Part shown: in pieces, positions 1-12,800 of the stretch
Layout of the letters: each line of letters begins with the position of its first letter
How positions within the stretch are numbered: position 1 is the first letter of the stretch
Origin: Strigamia acuminata
Taxonomy: Eukaryota
DNA: 64,000 nt
Assembly: GCA_949358305.1 (NCBI GenBank)
Contig: OX442314.1
Location: forward strand, 26,226,001 to 26,290,000
Direction of reading: 5' to 3'
The notes under the pieces: generated by a model
Told to the model about the DNA's origin: nothing
What the model saw: the letters and a program-made list of their open reading frames with translations, nothing else
The model's database searches: none
Made by a program: the position numbers and the translations under genes

Positions 1-3000
1 TTGGTCCCAAAACAAATTTCACTAGACTTTTCGCGACAACACCCTGATGGGAAATACAAAGCAAAAGACTTATTGGACATGATTCGAGCTGAACTAATTC
101 ATCATAGCAAAATTGATAGTTTTCAGGACCTGCATCGCACTAAAGACCAGGAGAAGTCGGGAAAAGCAGAAAAACAGGACACGGAGAAGACATTTCGCAA
201 GAACAACGATCGTGTCCCGTCTGCTCGAGTATTGAGCACGATGATCGCCAACTGCATGTTTTGCAGTAAGACCCACGAACGTGACGGCTGTTCCACGACT
301 GCAGCGGAGCGAAAAGAATACGTGGTTAAAAATGGACGGTGTTTTAAGTGCTTAAAAAAGGGGCACACGTCGAAAACGTGCTCCTACCGAATCACGTGTA
401 AGATTTGCCAACGAAATCACAATCCTTTGGTGTGTGATGGAGCGAGGAAAACCGTTAATGAAAGTTTGACCACTCACGTGGCTACGTGTGCAGAATTATC
501 AGCGTTCGTCCCTCCTCCTGCTGCAGCGTTGGCGTCAATTTTTGTGCGTGTTGTGCATCAATCAAAAGAAGCGATCGTGCAGTGTCTTCTCGACCCCGGC
601 AGCCAAACGACATTCGTGTTGTCCAGTCTTGCTAAAGACTTGGGGTTGCAATCGAAAGGAACTGAAAATTTGTCCGTACTGACTTTTGGCAGTCAAGTGT
701 CGCAAAGTGCAAAGCGAGAACGATTCGAGTTGAATTTGTGCAACGTGGACGACAAGAATAAATCGCTCACGGTCACAGCAATCGAGACGCCGTGGATAAC
801 GCGGCCGATAAAAACTGAGTTGCAGGCTGGCTTGCGAGCCGCCTTAGCACGCAACAATATTGTAATAAATTTTGAACAATACACTAATTTTGATGTTTTT
901 TGTTTGATAGGCGCCGATAATATCGCTAAAATTTTGACTGGACGTCTCGAGAAGTTTGAAGAGGATCTGGTGGCAATCGAAACAATTTTTGGCTGGGCGT
1001 TGATGGGTAGCTCGCCCAACGTGACGACTTTGTCTACAATGGTCACCCGCGTATTCAACGTGCGGCTCGACGACCGCTTAGATGACCATCTTAAACAATT
1101 CTGGGAACTCGAAGCGATTGGAATCCGACACGAGTCCATTGACGAGTCGCCAACAGATCGCAACACGTGCACAAAGCGCTTCCGCGAGCTGGTGACGCGA
1201 GAGGACGGACGATATGTGGTGCCACTACCGTGGTTAGTCGATGCCAGTCAACTCAACAACAATTTTGAAGTAGCCAAGCGGAGATTTTGGCATTTGGTGC
1301 GCAAGTTCAAGAAGAACCCCGGCTTTTATCAAGCTTACAAAAAAATCTTCGACGATCAGCTGAAAAACGACATCATCGAAGAAGTGAAAGTGCAAGACCC
1401 AGAACATTCATATTTTATGCCGCATCGTGCAGTTGTGCGAGAGGATCGTGCGACGACAAAAATTCGTATTGTTTTCGACGCGTCATCAAAGGGAAAGAAC
1501 GAGCTTTCGCTGAACGATTGTTTGGACAGCGGCCCCAATTTGTTACCGGAAATATTGAAACTTTTGGTGCTATTCCGACGTGAGCTTGTAGCGTACATCT
1601 CGGACATCGAAAAAGCATTTTTGCAGCTTCTGCTAAGACTTTGCGACCGGAACTTTGTTAGTTTTTTGTGGGTACCAGAGAATTGGGACGGTTTGGAATT
1701 CCTCGTGCCAAGAATTATGCGTCAGAAGCGAGTCACGTTTGGAGTCAGTTCCAGTCCCTACTCGTTAAACGACACGATCCAAATGCATCTGGACGAAATG
1801 GAGAATTTGTATCCGGACACCGTCAAGCAGATTCGAGAGAAATTTTACGTGGACGACCTTCTGGATTCGATGCGAGCTGAAAATCAAGTTTTGACCGTTT
1901 TTTATGAGGCGCGGAAGTTGATGATGGACGCGCATTTGCCTTTAAGAAAATGGCATTCGAATTCTCCACGACTACGAGAAATATTTGCTAAGGAGATCCC
2001 CGAAGATGAAGAAATTATCGCCGCCGAAAATGGTCAAACTACCGTGCTAGGTTTGATTTGGAATTACGAGACCGATAGACTTCAACTCGAAATAGGAGAA
2101 TGGGCTGAAAAGAAACCAGAAAGCGGTCAAGGATCGAAGAGGGCGATTGTACAAGCAGTGGCGAAAATTTATGACCCGTTGGGCTTCGCCTCACCATTCG
2201 CGATCGTCGGAAAACTCATGTTTCAGGAGTTGTGGTCCAGAAAAATCGATTGGGACGTCCCCTTGCCCCCCGACATTGCCAAGCGGTGGTGTGAATGGTA
2301 CGAACAGGTGACAACATTACGAACAATCTCAGTCAAACGACCGTACAGTCCAAACTTGAGCGACAACTCTCAACAGGAAATTCATCTCTTTTGCGACGCG
2401 AGTCCGAAGGCGTACGGCGTCGTAGTTTACGTGCGCACAGAAACAAATGGAACTGTCGACGTGTCGTTGTGCATGTCCAAGTCACGCGTTGCGCCGTTGA
2501 AGCCACTTACTTTGCCAAAATTGGAACTCATGAGCGCCCTTTTGTCATCACGCGTTGCAGTGAAGTTACGAGTTTTGGAAATCAAGAAAATGCATTGTTG
2601 GACCGACTCTTCAATTACATACTTTTGGATCCAACAGCAACAGAAGAAAACTAATCCTTTCATCGCGAATCGAGTACGGGAAATTCGTACAAACACCGAC
2701 GTCGAATCTTGGCGACACTGCCCCGGCAGGGTAAATCCTGCGGATAAATTGACGAGAGGGATGGAAGCAGTGAAACTGGTTGACGATAACGAGTGGTGGC
2801 AGGGCCCCGAGTGGCTACGAAAAGGTGAAGAACATTGGCCACAAGAAATAAGCGCAGAATTAGAAACCCAACTTGAAGAGTTCGAAGAAAATTGCACGAG
2901 CGTCAACGCGACTCGATCGGCGGAAAAAATGGAGCCGATATTCGCCCTGGAAAACTACAGCAGTTGGACAAGAGTCGTAAGGATCACAGCCTGGATGCTA

Positions 3001-4413
3001 CGCTTCATTCGAAACTCGAGAAAGAATCAATCAATTGTCGGACCGCTGAAAACTGAGGAAATCGAGGCAGCAGAAACATATTGGTTCCGCCATGCTCAGC
3101 GTTCAAGGTTCGCAGAGGAATTGGATTGCGTGCAGAGCGCTGTGAAATTAAACAGAGAATCACCGCTATCGCAAGTGGAATTAATCATCGACGAGAGAGA
3201 AGTACTAAGAATAAATTCTCGAATTCGCGACCACATCGGATCGAAAAACTTCATTTATCCAGTCGTATTGGACGCGGACTCGCCGATGACCAAATTGATA
3301 ATAAGGGACTGTCATTTACGTGCCTTGCATGGAGGACTGGGAGATACGTTGGCAGAATTTCGCTCAAGATTTTGGACCCGAAGAGCCAGAAAAACGATAA
3401 AAAGTTACGTGTCCAAATGCATAACGTGCCGTCGCGTGAACTCGAAGCTGATGACACAAGCCATCGGGCTTCTCCCTTCTGACCGCATCAATCGTGCTGC
3501 CCCCTTCCAGATAATAGGCGTGGATTTCGCGGGCCCACTTTACATGCGGAGTGGCGAGAAATGTTATATCGCATTATTCACCTGCGCGGTAGTACGAGCC
3601 GTACATCTGGAGTTAGTTTCAGACCTGACGACAGAAAAGTTTATTCTGGCATTCAAACGTTTGATATCACGACGAGGAATTCCGAGTATCGTGTATTCGG
3701 ACAACGCAAAAACGTTTAAGCGGGCAGAAAAGGATTTGGCGCTGTTCATAAATGGATTTGCAGGCGAAGAGTTCCAGGGATTTTTATCTCACAACAAGAT
3801 ACAATGGAAATTCATTGTCGAGTTGGCTCCTTGGTGGGGAGGCTTTTGGGAGCGCCTCGTCAAGACGGTCAAATTGAGTCTGAAGAAAGTTCTGGGAAGA
3901 TCGTCGCTTTGTTTTGAGGGACTGACAACTGTATTGACGGAGGTCGAAGCAATAATAAACTCGCGCCCTATAACCTACGTGACGGACGATCCGACAGAGC
4001 AAGAACCGCTGTCGCCATCACATTTTTTGATCGGGACCCGAATTTCAAGTTTGCCCGACATTTACAACTCGGAGCATCACGTCGATATTTCGAAGAGAAC
4101 GGAGTTAGTTAAACGATGGAAGTTGCGCCAGAGATTTACAAATTTATTGTGGCGTCGTTGGTCCCATGAGTACCTCGTGGAGTTGAGGGAATTTCGACGA
4201 GTACGAGCATCTAAAGAGATTTGCGTTAACGATTTAGTCCTCGTGCAGGAACAGGGTCAGCCACGCATGACGTGGAAGACGGCGAAAATTACGAAGACGT
4301 TTGACGGTAGAGATGGGAAAATTCGATCTTGCGAGATGATGCTGCCGGGAGGGAAAACGTTAAGAAGACCGGTGCAGAGACTTTGCTCGTTGGAAGTCGC
4401 CGACGACAATTAG
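1..4413 (+). CDS. BEL/Pao LTR retrotransposon gag-pol polyprotein (begins upstream of window)
   Basis: Open 1470-codon frame with three Cys/His knuckles (CMFC..H..C, CFKCLKKGHTSKTC, CKICQRNH), protease LLDPGSQ, RT (KIRIVFDAS, DIEKAFLQ, FYVDD), Pao RNase H (IYDPLG, FCDAS, KSRVAP) and integrase (GVDFAGP, SDNA, PWWGGFWERLV). Confidence 0.96.
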   Translation: MVPKQISLDFSRQHPDGKYKAKDLLDMIRAELIHHSKIDSFQDLHRTKDQEKSGKAEKQDTEKTFRKNNDRVPSARVLSTMIANCMFCSKTHERDGCSTTAAERKEYVVKNGRCFKCLKKGHTSKTCSYRITCKICQRNHNPLVCDGARKTVNESLTTHVATCAELSAFVPPPAAALASIFVRVVHQSKEAIVQCLLDPGSQTTFVLSSLAKDLGLQSKGTENLSVLTFGSQVSQSAKRERFELNLCNVDDKNKSLTVTAIETPWITRPIKTELQAGLRAALARNNIVINFEQYTNFDVFCLIGADNIAKILTGRLEKFEEDLVAIETIFGWALMGSSPNVTTLSTMVTRVFNVRLDDRLDDHLKQFWELEAIGIRHESIDESPTDRNTCTKRFRELVTREDGRYVVPLPWLVDASQLNNNFEVAKRRFWHLVRKFKKNPGFYQAYKKIFDDQLKNDIIEEVKVQDPEHSYFMPHRAVVREDRATTKIRIVFDASSKGKNELSLNDCLDSGPNLLPEILKLLVLFRRELVAYISDIEKAFLQLLLRLCDRNFVSFLWVPENWDGLEFLVPRIMRQKRVTFGVSSSPYSLNDTIQMHLDEMENLYPDTVKQIREKFYVDDLLDSMRAENQVLTVFYEARKLMMDAHLPLRKWHSNSPRLREIFAKEIPEDEEIIAAENGQTTVLGLIWNYETDRLQLEIGEWAEKKPESGQGSKRAIVQAVAKIYDPLGFASPFAIVGKLMFQELWSRKIDWDVPLPPDIAKRWCEWYEQVTTLRTISVKRPYSPNLSDNSQQEIHLFCDASPKAYGVVVYVRTETNGTVDVSLCMSKSRVAPLKPLTLPKLELMSALLSSRVAVKLRVLEIKKMHCWTDSSITYFWIQQQQKKTNPFIANRVREIRTNTDVESWRHCPGRVNPADKLTRGMEAVKLVDDNEWWQGPEWLRKGEEHWPQEISAELETQLEEFEENCTSVNATRSAEKMEPIFALENYSSWTRVVRITAWMLRFIRNSRKNQSIVGPLKTEEIEAAETYWFRHAQRSRFAEELDCVQSAVKLNRESPLSQVELIIDEREVLRINSRIRDHIGSKNFIYPVVLDADSPMTKLIIRDCHLRALHGGLGDTLAEFRSRFWTRRARKTIKSYVSKCITCRRVNSKLMTQAIGLLPSDRINRAAPFQIIGVDFAGPLYMRSGEKCYIALFTCAVVRAVHLELVSDLTTEKFILAFKRLISRRGIPSIVYSDNAKTFKRAEKDLALFINGFAGEEFQGFLSHNKIQWKFIVELAPWWGGFWERLVKTVKLSLKKVLGRSSLCFEGLTTVLTEVEAIINSRPITYVTDDPTEQEPLSPSHFLIGTRISSLPDIYNSEHHVDISKRTELVKRWKLRQRFTNLLWRRWSHEYLVELREFRRVRASKEICVNDLVLVQEQGQPRMTWKTAKITKTFDGRDGKIRSCEMMLPGGKTLRRPVQRLCSLEVADDN

Positions 4414-4437
4414 ATTTGTGGTTTTTTCCCCCGGCAA

Positions 4438-4750
4438 TGTAAAATCCAGATTTGGATTTAATGTTTAGTAATGATTTCAATTTATGTTTAATTTTAGTGT
4501 TTTATTTCGAAAAGTGTTTTAAGTCTCTTTGTAATTGTTTTTATCGAATATCGAATTGTATTGGTAATGTTTTAACGACAATAGTGTTTTTTGATCGAGG
4601 GACACCAAGAGTGCCCTCTGGTGTGTAATCTGTAATTTTGACCGGTCCTTGTTGACCGGAAGTTGACCCCGTTTTTGGGATTGACCACCATCTTTTTTAC
4701 CTGTATCATCGTGTGTCACCACGCGATTTTCCTTGTTAAAATCTTCAACG
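4438..4750 (+). mobile_element. Probable 3' LTR of the BEL/Pao element
   Basis: TGT start 25 bp after the pol stop. No 5' LTR in the window to compare, so both ends are approximate. Confidence 0.35.
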
Positions 4751-4997
4751 ATTAAAATTAGTTAAGTTTAAAAATACGTCTCAAATTGTTGCTCGCGCGT
4801 GCTGCAATCGCAGCTAGATTATTTCGAAGTCTCGAAAGTTAGCAAGTGAATAACCTTGAAAATGGCCTTCAAGGTCAAATTTGATGACATCATTGGATTG
4901 CTCTCACCCAACTTCCTATATGATCGCTTCATCAAAGTTGGCCTAGATGCAATTGCTCAGGAAATATTTGCGAGGAACAGACTTTTCTTCCACCCTG
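4751..4997. mobile_element. Terminal remnant of a Tc1/mariner-type DNA transposon
   Basis: Ends in CACCCTG followed by TA (4998-4999); contains the inverted motif accttgaa...ttcaaggt. The other end is not visible. Confidence 0.4.
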
Positions 4998-5651
4998 TAT
5001 AAAGACCAAATAATGTCACAATAAATCTTGTCTTTACCTAAAAAGCATGGTTTTTATTCGTCTGAATAGAAAATCGAAATAAGTTAGAAATTTAATCAGT
5101 TTTCAAACAGAAATTAGTTTATTCAAATTGCGAGATTTCAAAATGCCGATTGACGAACGAAGTTGTTGGGCACACGGATCTAGATCTGTGAACAGAGTTC
5201 AGGGTTCAATCTAGATCCGCAGCTTTGGATGAGATCCAAAATCTTGGTGTGAACAAGGTATTACATTTGTTCAAATGAACGTAGAAGAAACAACTCACAC
5301 AGCATTAATTCTACGTTTCTCAAGTTAAAATAAGTTCAAAATTTTGAAATTTATTCAATATTCGCCTGAAATTGTGTGAGTGGATGGACGTTATTGATGC
5401 AGCGTATCTGCACCCACGCAATGCACATGTGGTTAGAGTTAACCATGGTATACCACACATTCCCTAAGAGTGAACTAAAATAGGATAGTGAACAAGAATG
5501 GGGCACCACTATGTGTTAATCATAGCTGTTCCTACACAACTCTGGGACCCAACTTCCGTTTGTATACTGCGACTTTTGCACCATGTAACCGAGGGTACCT
5601 TTATTGGTTATTGAGGTAATCACCAAATGTGATGTGATATTATGACATATA

Positions 5652-6046
5652 CTCCAAACCGGTACAACGTTGTCCTAACTCCCATTGGTTGAGCCATCTC
5701 ACCGGTGTAGTGGAACAAAAAAGTAGCCCATAACACCAGAATTGTAATCTAACTAGACAAAACAACTAATAAAAAACTAAACCTTTGTTTACCTGCCAAA
5801 AGAAACCAATAAACTATGCCAACATAATTTGATTGATTAAAAGGGGAAAAAGCTTTAAATAAAAGCTTCAAATAAAATAAACATTTTATTATCAAATAAA
5901 TAAAATCCATCATTCTAATTACTTTTTGCATTGAAATTGATTGAAAATAAACATAACTACTTTTCCGCATAGAAGAGCACAGTCCACAATTAGGCGTAAT
6001 CCAGCTCAGGCAATAGGAGTTAGGACAACGTTGTACTGGTTTGGAG
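5652..6046. mobile_element. MITE (CTC-terminal family, copy 1)
   Basis: TIR ctccaaaccggtacaacgttgtcctaactcc / ggagttaggacaacgttgtactggtttggag; TA on the left; core similar to 13602-14033 and 17313-17730. Confidence 0.65.
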
Positions 6047-6409
6047 AATAGCGGTCATTATCCCTTAACCATCAACTCCACCTCGCGGCGTGGGTTTGAA
6101 CTAAATCATGTGGATGTTGAGTTGCAGTGTCCGGCAATCAGTCACAATTGTTATCGCCCTCTAATAATAACTGCAACTCCAGCATTAATCAACGACCACC
6201 ACAATTCCAGGGCAACTCTTAATCGAAGAAATACAAAATACAGCACATGGTTTAGTTAATGAATAAACTGAGTCCAGCTGATTCACCTTTTGCTGCATAA
6301 ACAAAATGGATTAATTTTGGTGGGGCCGACCTAACGTGGGTCCACCTAACCTAACCCCAATAGCCCGGTGCTAGATCCGCCCCTGCGTGGGTCTGGGTAA
6401 AAAGAAATA

Positions 6410-6668
6410 CTGTATTTTACCAAATAAGAGCCGCGGCTCTTATTGAAAACTGCCACTTTGAGCTGCGGCTTTAATTCGGGGGCGGCTCCAATTCGGGGGC
6501 GGCTCTTATTTTAAATAGTGGCCAATATCATACTATTACGTTCATTGAACGTATATAGCCGCGGCTACTATTCGAGGGCGGCTCTTATATCAAGTTGCCT
6601 ATCTCGGCCGCGGCTACTATTCGAGGGCGGCTACAATTCGAGAGCGACTCTTATTCGGTAAAATACAG
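6410..6668. mobile_element. Tc1/pogo-type MITE
   Basis: TIR ctgtattttaccaaataagag / ctcttattcggtaaaatacag flanked by TA on both sides; internal gcggctcttatt/attcgagggcgg repeats. Confidence 0.75.
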
Positions 6669-6899
6669 TATGTTGATTTCAGATTAATAGTTTTTGATAC
6701 GATTTTATCACAAAAGAAAGTTGCGCGTCCTGTTCCTGCCCTGGACTCATACCCTCCATCACTTGATTTGAACTGAGAGCAAAAGTAATGAAAAATATTA
6801 ACTCCCGATAACTGTAATTCGAGATTGCCATGAGTTTTCTTGCATTCTTCAAAACATAGTCATAAAACATAACATTAACTAAATCATTTTTCTTTCAAG

Positions 6900-9800
6900 A
6901 CTTGTGGAAATCTGAAAGAACCAAATTTATCGGAACATTTAGAAAGAATGGATCATGTGTAATGCCAATGGTTGCTGTAAGATTCTTTCTATAATACGTG
7001 TATACAACTCCTTGCCAAAAAAATGGCACATATGATTTTATTTCTCTCTTTTCATTTTCTAATTGGGAATTTAAGACAAACATAGAAACTTATAAACTAT
7101 GCTTTTGGTAAATAAAACTACAATCATGAAGCTAACACTTGGTGAAAACAGGACCATTAAAGGATCTTTGGTTTTGATTTTTTTTAAATGTTTTCATGAG
7201 CAAAAAAATGGAACAAAAAATTAGCTGTGCCAAATAAATGGAACATCTTACAATTGGCAACTTCATAGTGATTTAATACATTTTAGGTTAGAAATTCTTA
7301 TATTTAACAATCAATATTTTGTTGGATAACCTTTTGCAGCAATAACTGCCGTAATTCGGGGCGGCATAGATGCAATAAGTGTCGCGCATTCCTCAGCTTT
7401 GATTTCAGCCCATACACTCTTCACCACTGCCTTTAATTCCCCTACTGTAGCTGGCTTTTGATCAGCTAATCGCTTTTTCATAATCAGCCAAAAGTTCTCT
7501 ATGGGATTTAGATCAGGGTAAGTGGCAGGCCAAGGTAGAACTTTAACAGAATGTTCCCGAAACCACTGTTGTATTGATTCAGCCGCATGTGCAGGAGCTA
7601 AATCCTGCTGGAAAATTACCTCTTCATCTTCAAAAAGAGTTTCTAGTGATGGAATCAGATAATATTCAAGTAGCTCTTGATATGCTGCAGCATTTATCAT
7701 CCCTTTGACCAGTGTCATTAGACCAACACTCCTTGAAGACATGCAGCCCCATATCATAACACTAGCTGGAAATTTCACACATGGTGGTTGGGTGGTATGC
7801 TTCATCTTTTCTCCGCCAGACGCGAACACCCTGATCACCATAGTACAAACAAAACTTAGATTCATTACTATAAATTGTGAATGAATTTAAACACTGAAAT
7901 AAGTAATTGCGCGATTGTTTGATTGAAAGACAAAAGAGCTTTATTGTATTCGCGTTGTTGTCCTTGACAACAGTCGTTGTACACAAATGGCTGATTAAAT
8001 GAGCGACATTTCTTCTTTTTCAACGTTTAAATAATTGTGGTTATTTTTGGTTGTACCAACAAGTGGTAGCAGAGGACGGTTGGAAAAATTCAGGCTGTAA
8101 CACAGAGAAGCGCAAGTAGAAAAATAGAAAAGTTAAGAAGTAAATTGGAGACAAGATGGCGACCGTGAACATTTCCTCCAATACGACGACGATAGAGAGA
8201 CTGACGGAGCGGAATTACTTTCTATGGAAAATGCGCGTGAGGTCAACGCTGAAAAAACAACATTTATGGAAAACGACGATCAAGCAAGCTGAACCGGAGA
8301 AAGCACGACCGGGACAGGCAAATTATGCTCAAATGCAGGCGATCTGGGAGGACTGGGAAAGGAAGAACGACGAAGCAATGAACGTTTTGATCATATCACT
8401 TTCGGCGGAGCAAGCGGTTCGATATAGCACTGAAACGAGCATGAAAATCTTGTGGGACAAGATAGAAGCCGACATGGGACCACGGAACAGCTACGAGATT
8501 GTCAAATGCGGAATTGAATTGGCGAAATTGAAAATGCAAGAAAAGGAATCCGTTGATGAATACATAAACCGAGCCGAAGCGATAAAAGCAAAAGGAGCAG
8601 AACTTGGAAAGATTTATTCCAACCAAGAAATGGTTGCTTATGTGGCTCAGGGATTGCGAGCGGAATTTGAACATAACGTTAGGATTTTTGATGGCCAGAA
8701 GAACGATTTGTCGATGATGGACGCAAGAACGATGCTACGAGGAAAAGAAGAGAGATTGCGAGACAAAAGGAAGAGCGGACAGGGATCCGAAAACGCCTAC
8801 AGAGCGCGACCAAAAGGAAGAGGTGGAATTGAATGTTTTAATTGCCACAAAAAGGAACATTTTGCAAGGGATTGCTGGTCAAAGGACAAGAGCAAGGAAG
8901 GATTGACGGGAAGTGCGAATGTACGCACACGTACGAGTAGAACGAAACCATTTGAGAAATGGCGAGGTGGAATGAAGCCAACGGAGCACAGTGCACGTTG
9001 CGAAGCGATTTCTTCAAGCAAACCACGAGAATATTCATTTGGAGCGTGGGTGAAGCCGAGGAGTCGAATAGACGAGCAAGCAAATGCAGTGACGACGCAA
9101 GAAGAAGGAGAAGAGTGGCTAATTGAATCGGGCGCGACAAGCCACATGGTGTCGAGCAAAGAAGTTTTTTGCAAATTTGAGCCATATCCGCAAAATGTAG
9201 GACTGGCTAGCGGAGAAGTCAAAGCAGGATCGCCAGGACGAGGAGAATTAGTTATCAAAGAGAACGAAATGGAAAACAGATTGCGATTAAATAACGTTTT
9301 ATACGTTCCGACGTTGCAAACAAATTTATTATCAGTTCCTAAAATTGTGGACGCCGGACTGGAGGTCAGATTCACGAAGGACAGCGCAAGCGTAGTGGAC
9401 GCTGCTGGAAATAAGGTGATGACGGCGCAGCGAGTGGACAACAAGTTTTTATTATCTGCGACATACTGCGAGGAGTCAAGGGGAGAAGTTGCGTGTGCAA
9501 CTGGAGCGCTTACACGCACGATTTGGCATCAAAGATTGGGGCACCCAAACCCCAGAAGCATGGACGAAATGGAAAAACAAGGACTGGTCAGAGGTATGAC
9601 ATGGGATGGCAAGTCACAGGACGAGCAATGCACTGAGTGCATAAAAGCAAAAATGGCAAAGATTTCACGAAAGACTACCATTTCAACAATCTCAGCAAGT
9701 GTTGGAATTGCTGCATATGGATTTGATGGGGCCAATGCCAACGAATTCGTTAGGGGGAGCGAGATTTATTCTCACAGTAGTGGACGAGTTACAGTCGTAT

Positions 9801-12800
9801 GATTTTTGTAAAGTTGCTAGAGCAGAAGGGTCAAGCGGCGGAAGCCATAAAAGGATTTTTGACACGACACGAATTACAAAAAGGAGAAAAAGTCAAACGT
9901 ATTCGGACAGATAATGGTGGGGAATTTTTAAATGAAAATTTGGCACAGTTTTATGGTCAGAAGGGGATTCATCACGAGTTGACCACACCTTGGACGCCAA
10001 TGTCCAATGGGGTAGCCGAACGGACCAACCGGACCATCACAGAAGCGATGAGAGCCTTAATGCTGGACTCAAAATTGGCGTTACCATTTTGGGGCGAAGC
10101 GATGTTGACGGCGGCTTACCTGCGTAAAAGGTACAGATCAAGCGTTCATGGAAAAACTCCATATGAAGTATGGATGGGACGACCACCAGATGTTTCTTAT
10201 CTACGAAGATTTGGGTGTGTGGCCCACGTACTGGAACCAAAATTTAGGCAGACGAAATTGAGCGCAAAGACGAAAGAAGGATTTTTAGTCGGATATTCAG
10301 CGACAAGAAAAGCGTATCGCATTTTTATGCGGGAAACGGGTCGAATGACGGAGTCTCGAGACGTGGCATTTGACGAGACACGACTGGGCAGTTTGGATGT
10401 ACCCGGGGAAGCCAAAACCGACGAATTGGTGGAATTAGATGTCCATTACGACACGCCGGTTCTTCCGATCGGAGTACCTGCACCAGTTGAGCGCGTACAA
10501 CCCGAACCGCAACACGAACCGGAACCAGAGCCGGAACAGGAGCCGGAACAAGAGCCGGAGCGAGAGCCAGTGCGGCTGCCGGCGCAGGTCCCCGCTCGGA
10601 GGGGAGGAAGGAGACCCGGCGCAACCAAAGAAGTTTTGGCTGTTGAAAAACAAGCGAGAGTAGAAGCGATTGAAGCGGATTTATTACAACAAGGTGTACG
10701 ACGTTCGGGAAGGCTGAGAGAGCAAGCCAACATGGCTGACGTTTTAATAACACCAACTACGCAAAAGGAAGCGATGAAATTACCTCAAGCGGACAAATGG
10801 ACGGAAGCGATGCAAGATGAGATTAATTCCATGCATCAGCACAAAGTCTGGAAAATGGAGAAAAGACCAGATGATGTAAAACCAGTAAAGTCCAAATGGG
10901 TATTTAGAATTAAAGAAAATCCGGATGAAAGGTTTAATCGATACAAAGCACGTTTGGTGGCTGTGGGTTGTAGCCAAAAACCAGAAACCGATTACGACCA
11001 GACATTTTCACCAGTAGTACGAATCGAATCACTGAAGATCTTACTGGACTTAGCAGCAAAGGAGGATCTTCTGTTGGATTTGCACGACGTGAAGACAGCA
11101 TACTTGCAAGTTAAAGGAGAGAATATTTATGGAACAACCGGAAGGATTTGAAGAAGCAGAGATCGAATTTGTTTGTAGACTTTTAAGAAGTATTTACGGG
11201 CTAAAGCAAGCAGGACGTTGTTGAAACAAGAGATTGCATGAAGTTTTAACAGCTTGCGGTTTCAAAAGAATGGCAGATGACCCGTGCCTTTACCAATACA
11301 GAAATGACGATGGGACTGTTTACGTAGCAGTTTATGTCGACGATCTTGTAACAGCAAGTTCAAATGCAACAGTTCGAGATGAGAAAATCAAAGATTTAGG
11401 CAAATACGTGGAATTGGTGGCAATGGGCAAACTTACTTACGTTTTAGGTTTGGAAGTTAGTCAAACAGATGGAGAAATTTGTTTATTTCAACGCAAATAC
11501 GCAGAGAAAATTTTAAAAACGTTTTGGACTGGATAAGTGCAACCCAGTTGCTACACCTTGTGAACTTGGAGTCAAGCTAGAAGAATTTGAGGACAGCGAG
11601 CCAGTTGATCAAAAGCTTTATCAGGAAGTTATAGGCAGTATAATGTACCTAGCAACCAGTACCAGGCCAGATCTAAGTTTTGCAGTGAGCTCACTTTCCC
11701 GTTTTAAGAAGGATCCGAGGGAAATACACATGGCGGCGGCAAAGCGAGTACTGAGATACATTCGAGGGACGTTAGATTACAAGCTGAAATATACAAAGGG
11801 AGAATATCATTTACACTCCTACGCGAACGCGAGCTGGAACTCGACGCAGAACGCACAATCATTCACAGGCTACATTGTGAAGAATGGGGAGTCGTTGTTA
11901 AGTTGGCGATGCAAGAAGCAAGGCAACGTGGCAGAGTCATCTTGTGAGAGCGAGTTGGATGCGGTGGCTGATGCGATCAAGGAGTTGAGTTGGGTCAAAG
12001 GGATCTTTGCAGATTTGCGAGCACCATTCGGCGAGGAGATGACACTCTACAATGACAACGAGGCGGCAGTCCAAATGCTGCACGATGGCGTGCAAAGAGT
12101 TCGGACGAAATATCTTAACCAGAAATATCATTTAATCAAATCGAAAGTCGAGATGGACAAGGTCAAGGTGGTCCACGTACCAGGTGTGGAGATGTGGGCA
12201 GATGTTTTGACAAAACCACTCAGCAAGCCAAACATTGATAAATGTTTACGAGGGATGAACATTCTTTAAAGACAAGTCGGAAGATTGTTTATGATGTTCA
12301 TGTTAGTTGTTTAAGTTTGATGAAAATTCGTTTTTATTTTGTGAATTTATTATTAAGTGTTAAAATTCAAGGGGAGATTGTGAATGAATTTAAACACTGA
12401 AATAAGTAATTGCGCGAGTGTTTGATTGAAAGACAAAAGAGCTTTATTGTATTCGCGTTGTTGTCCTTGACAACAGTCGTTGTACACAAATGGCTGATTA
12501 AATGAGCGACATTTCTTCTTTTTCAACGTTTAAATGATTGTGGTTATTTCCGGTTGTACCAACATAAATGACCTTACCCCAATCTTCTATAGTCCAATCT
12601 GCATGTTGTTTGCACCACTCTAAGCGCTTTTGTCTTTGGTTACTGTTTAATAGTGGTTAGCACTTAGGAACACAACTTTTAAAATTTATTTCATGAAGAT
12701 GTCGAACAGTAGTACAGTGGGAGCATCTTACATTTCCATTTTTCCATAACGTATGATAATGTCTACTTGACTTAAACCTGTTTTGTTTAACAATTTGGCA

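Noticed and set aside
94..4480. Many short antisense and alternative-frame ORFs over BEL pol (likewise over the other pol genes)
   Set aside because: Shadow ORFs of long coding frames.
6683..6860. Possible upstream DEG/ENaC exon (…KY*LPITVIRDCHEF, resembling the W.P…G.CY exon of module 2)
   Set aside because: In-frame stops and no phase-compatible donor. Not callable, but it raises the possibility that the 5' part of the gene is decayed.
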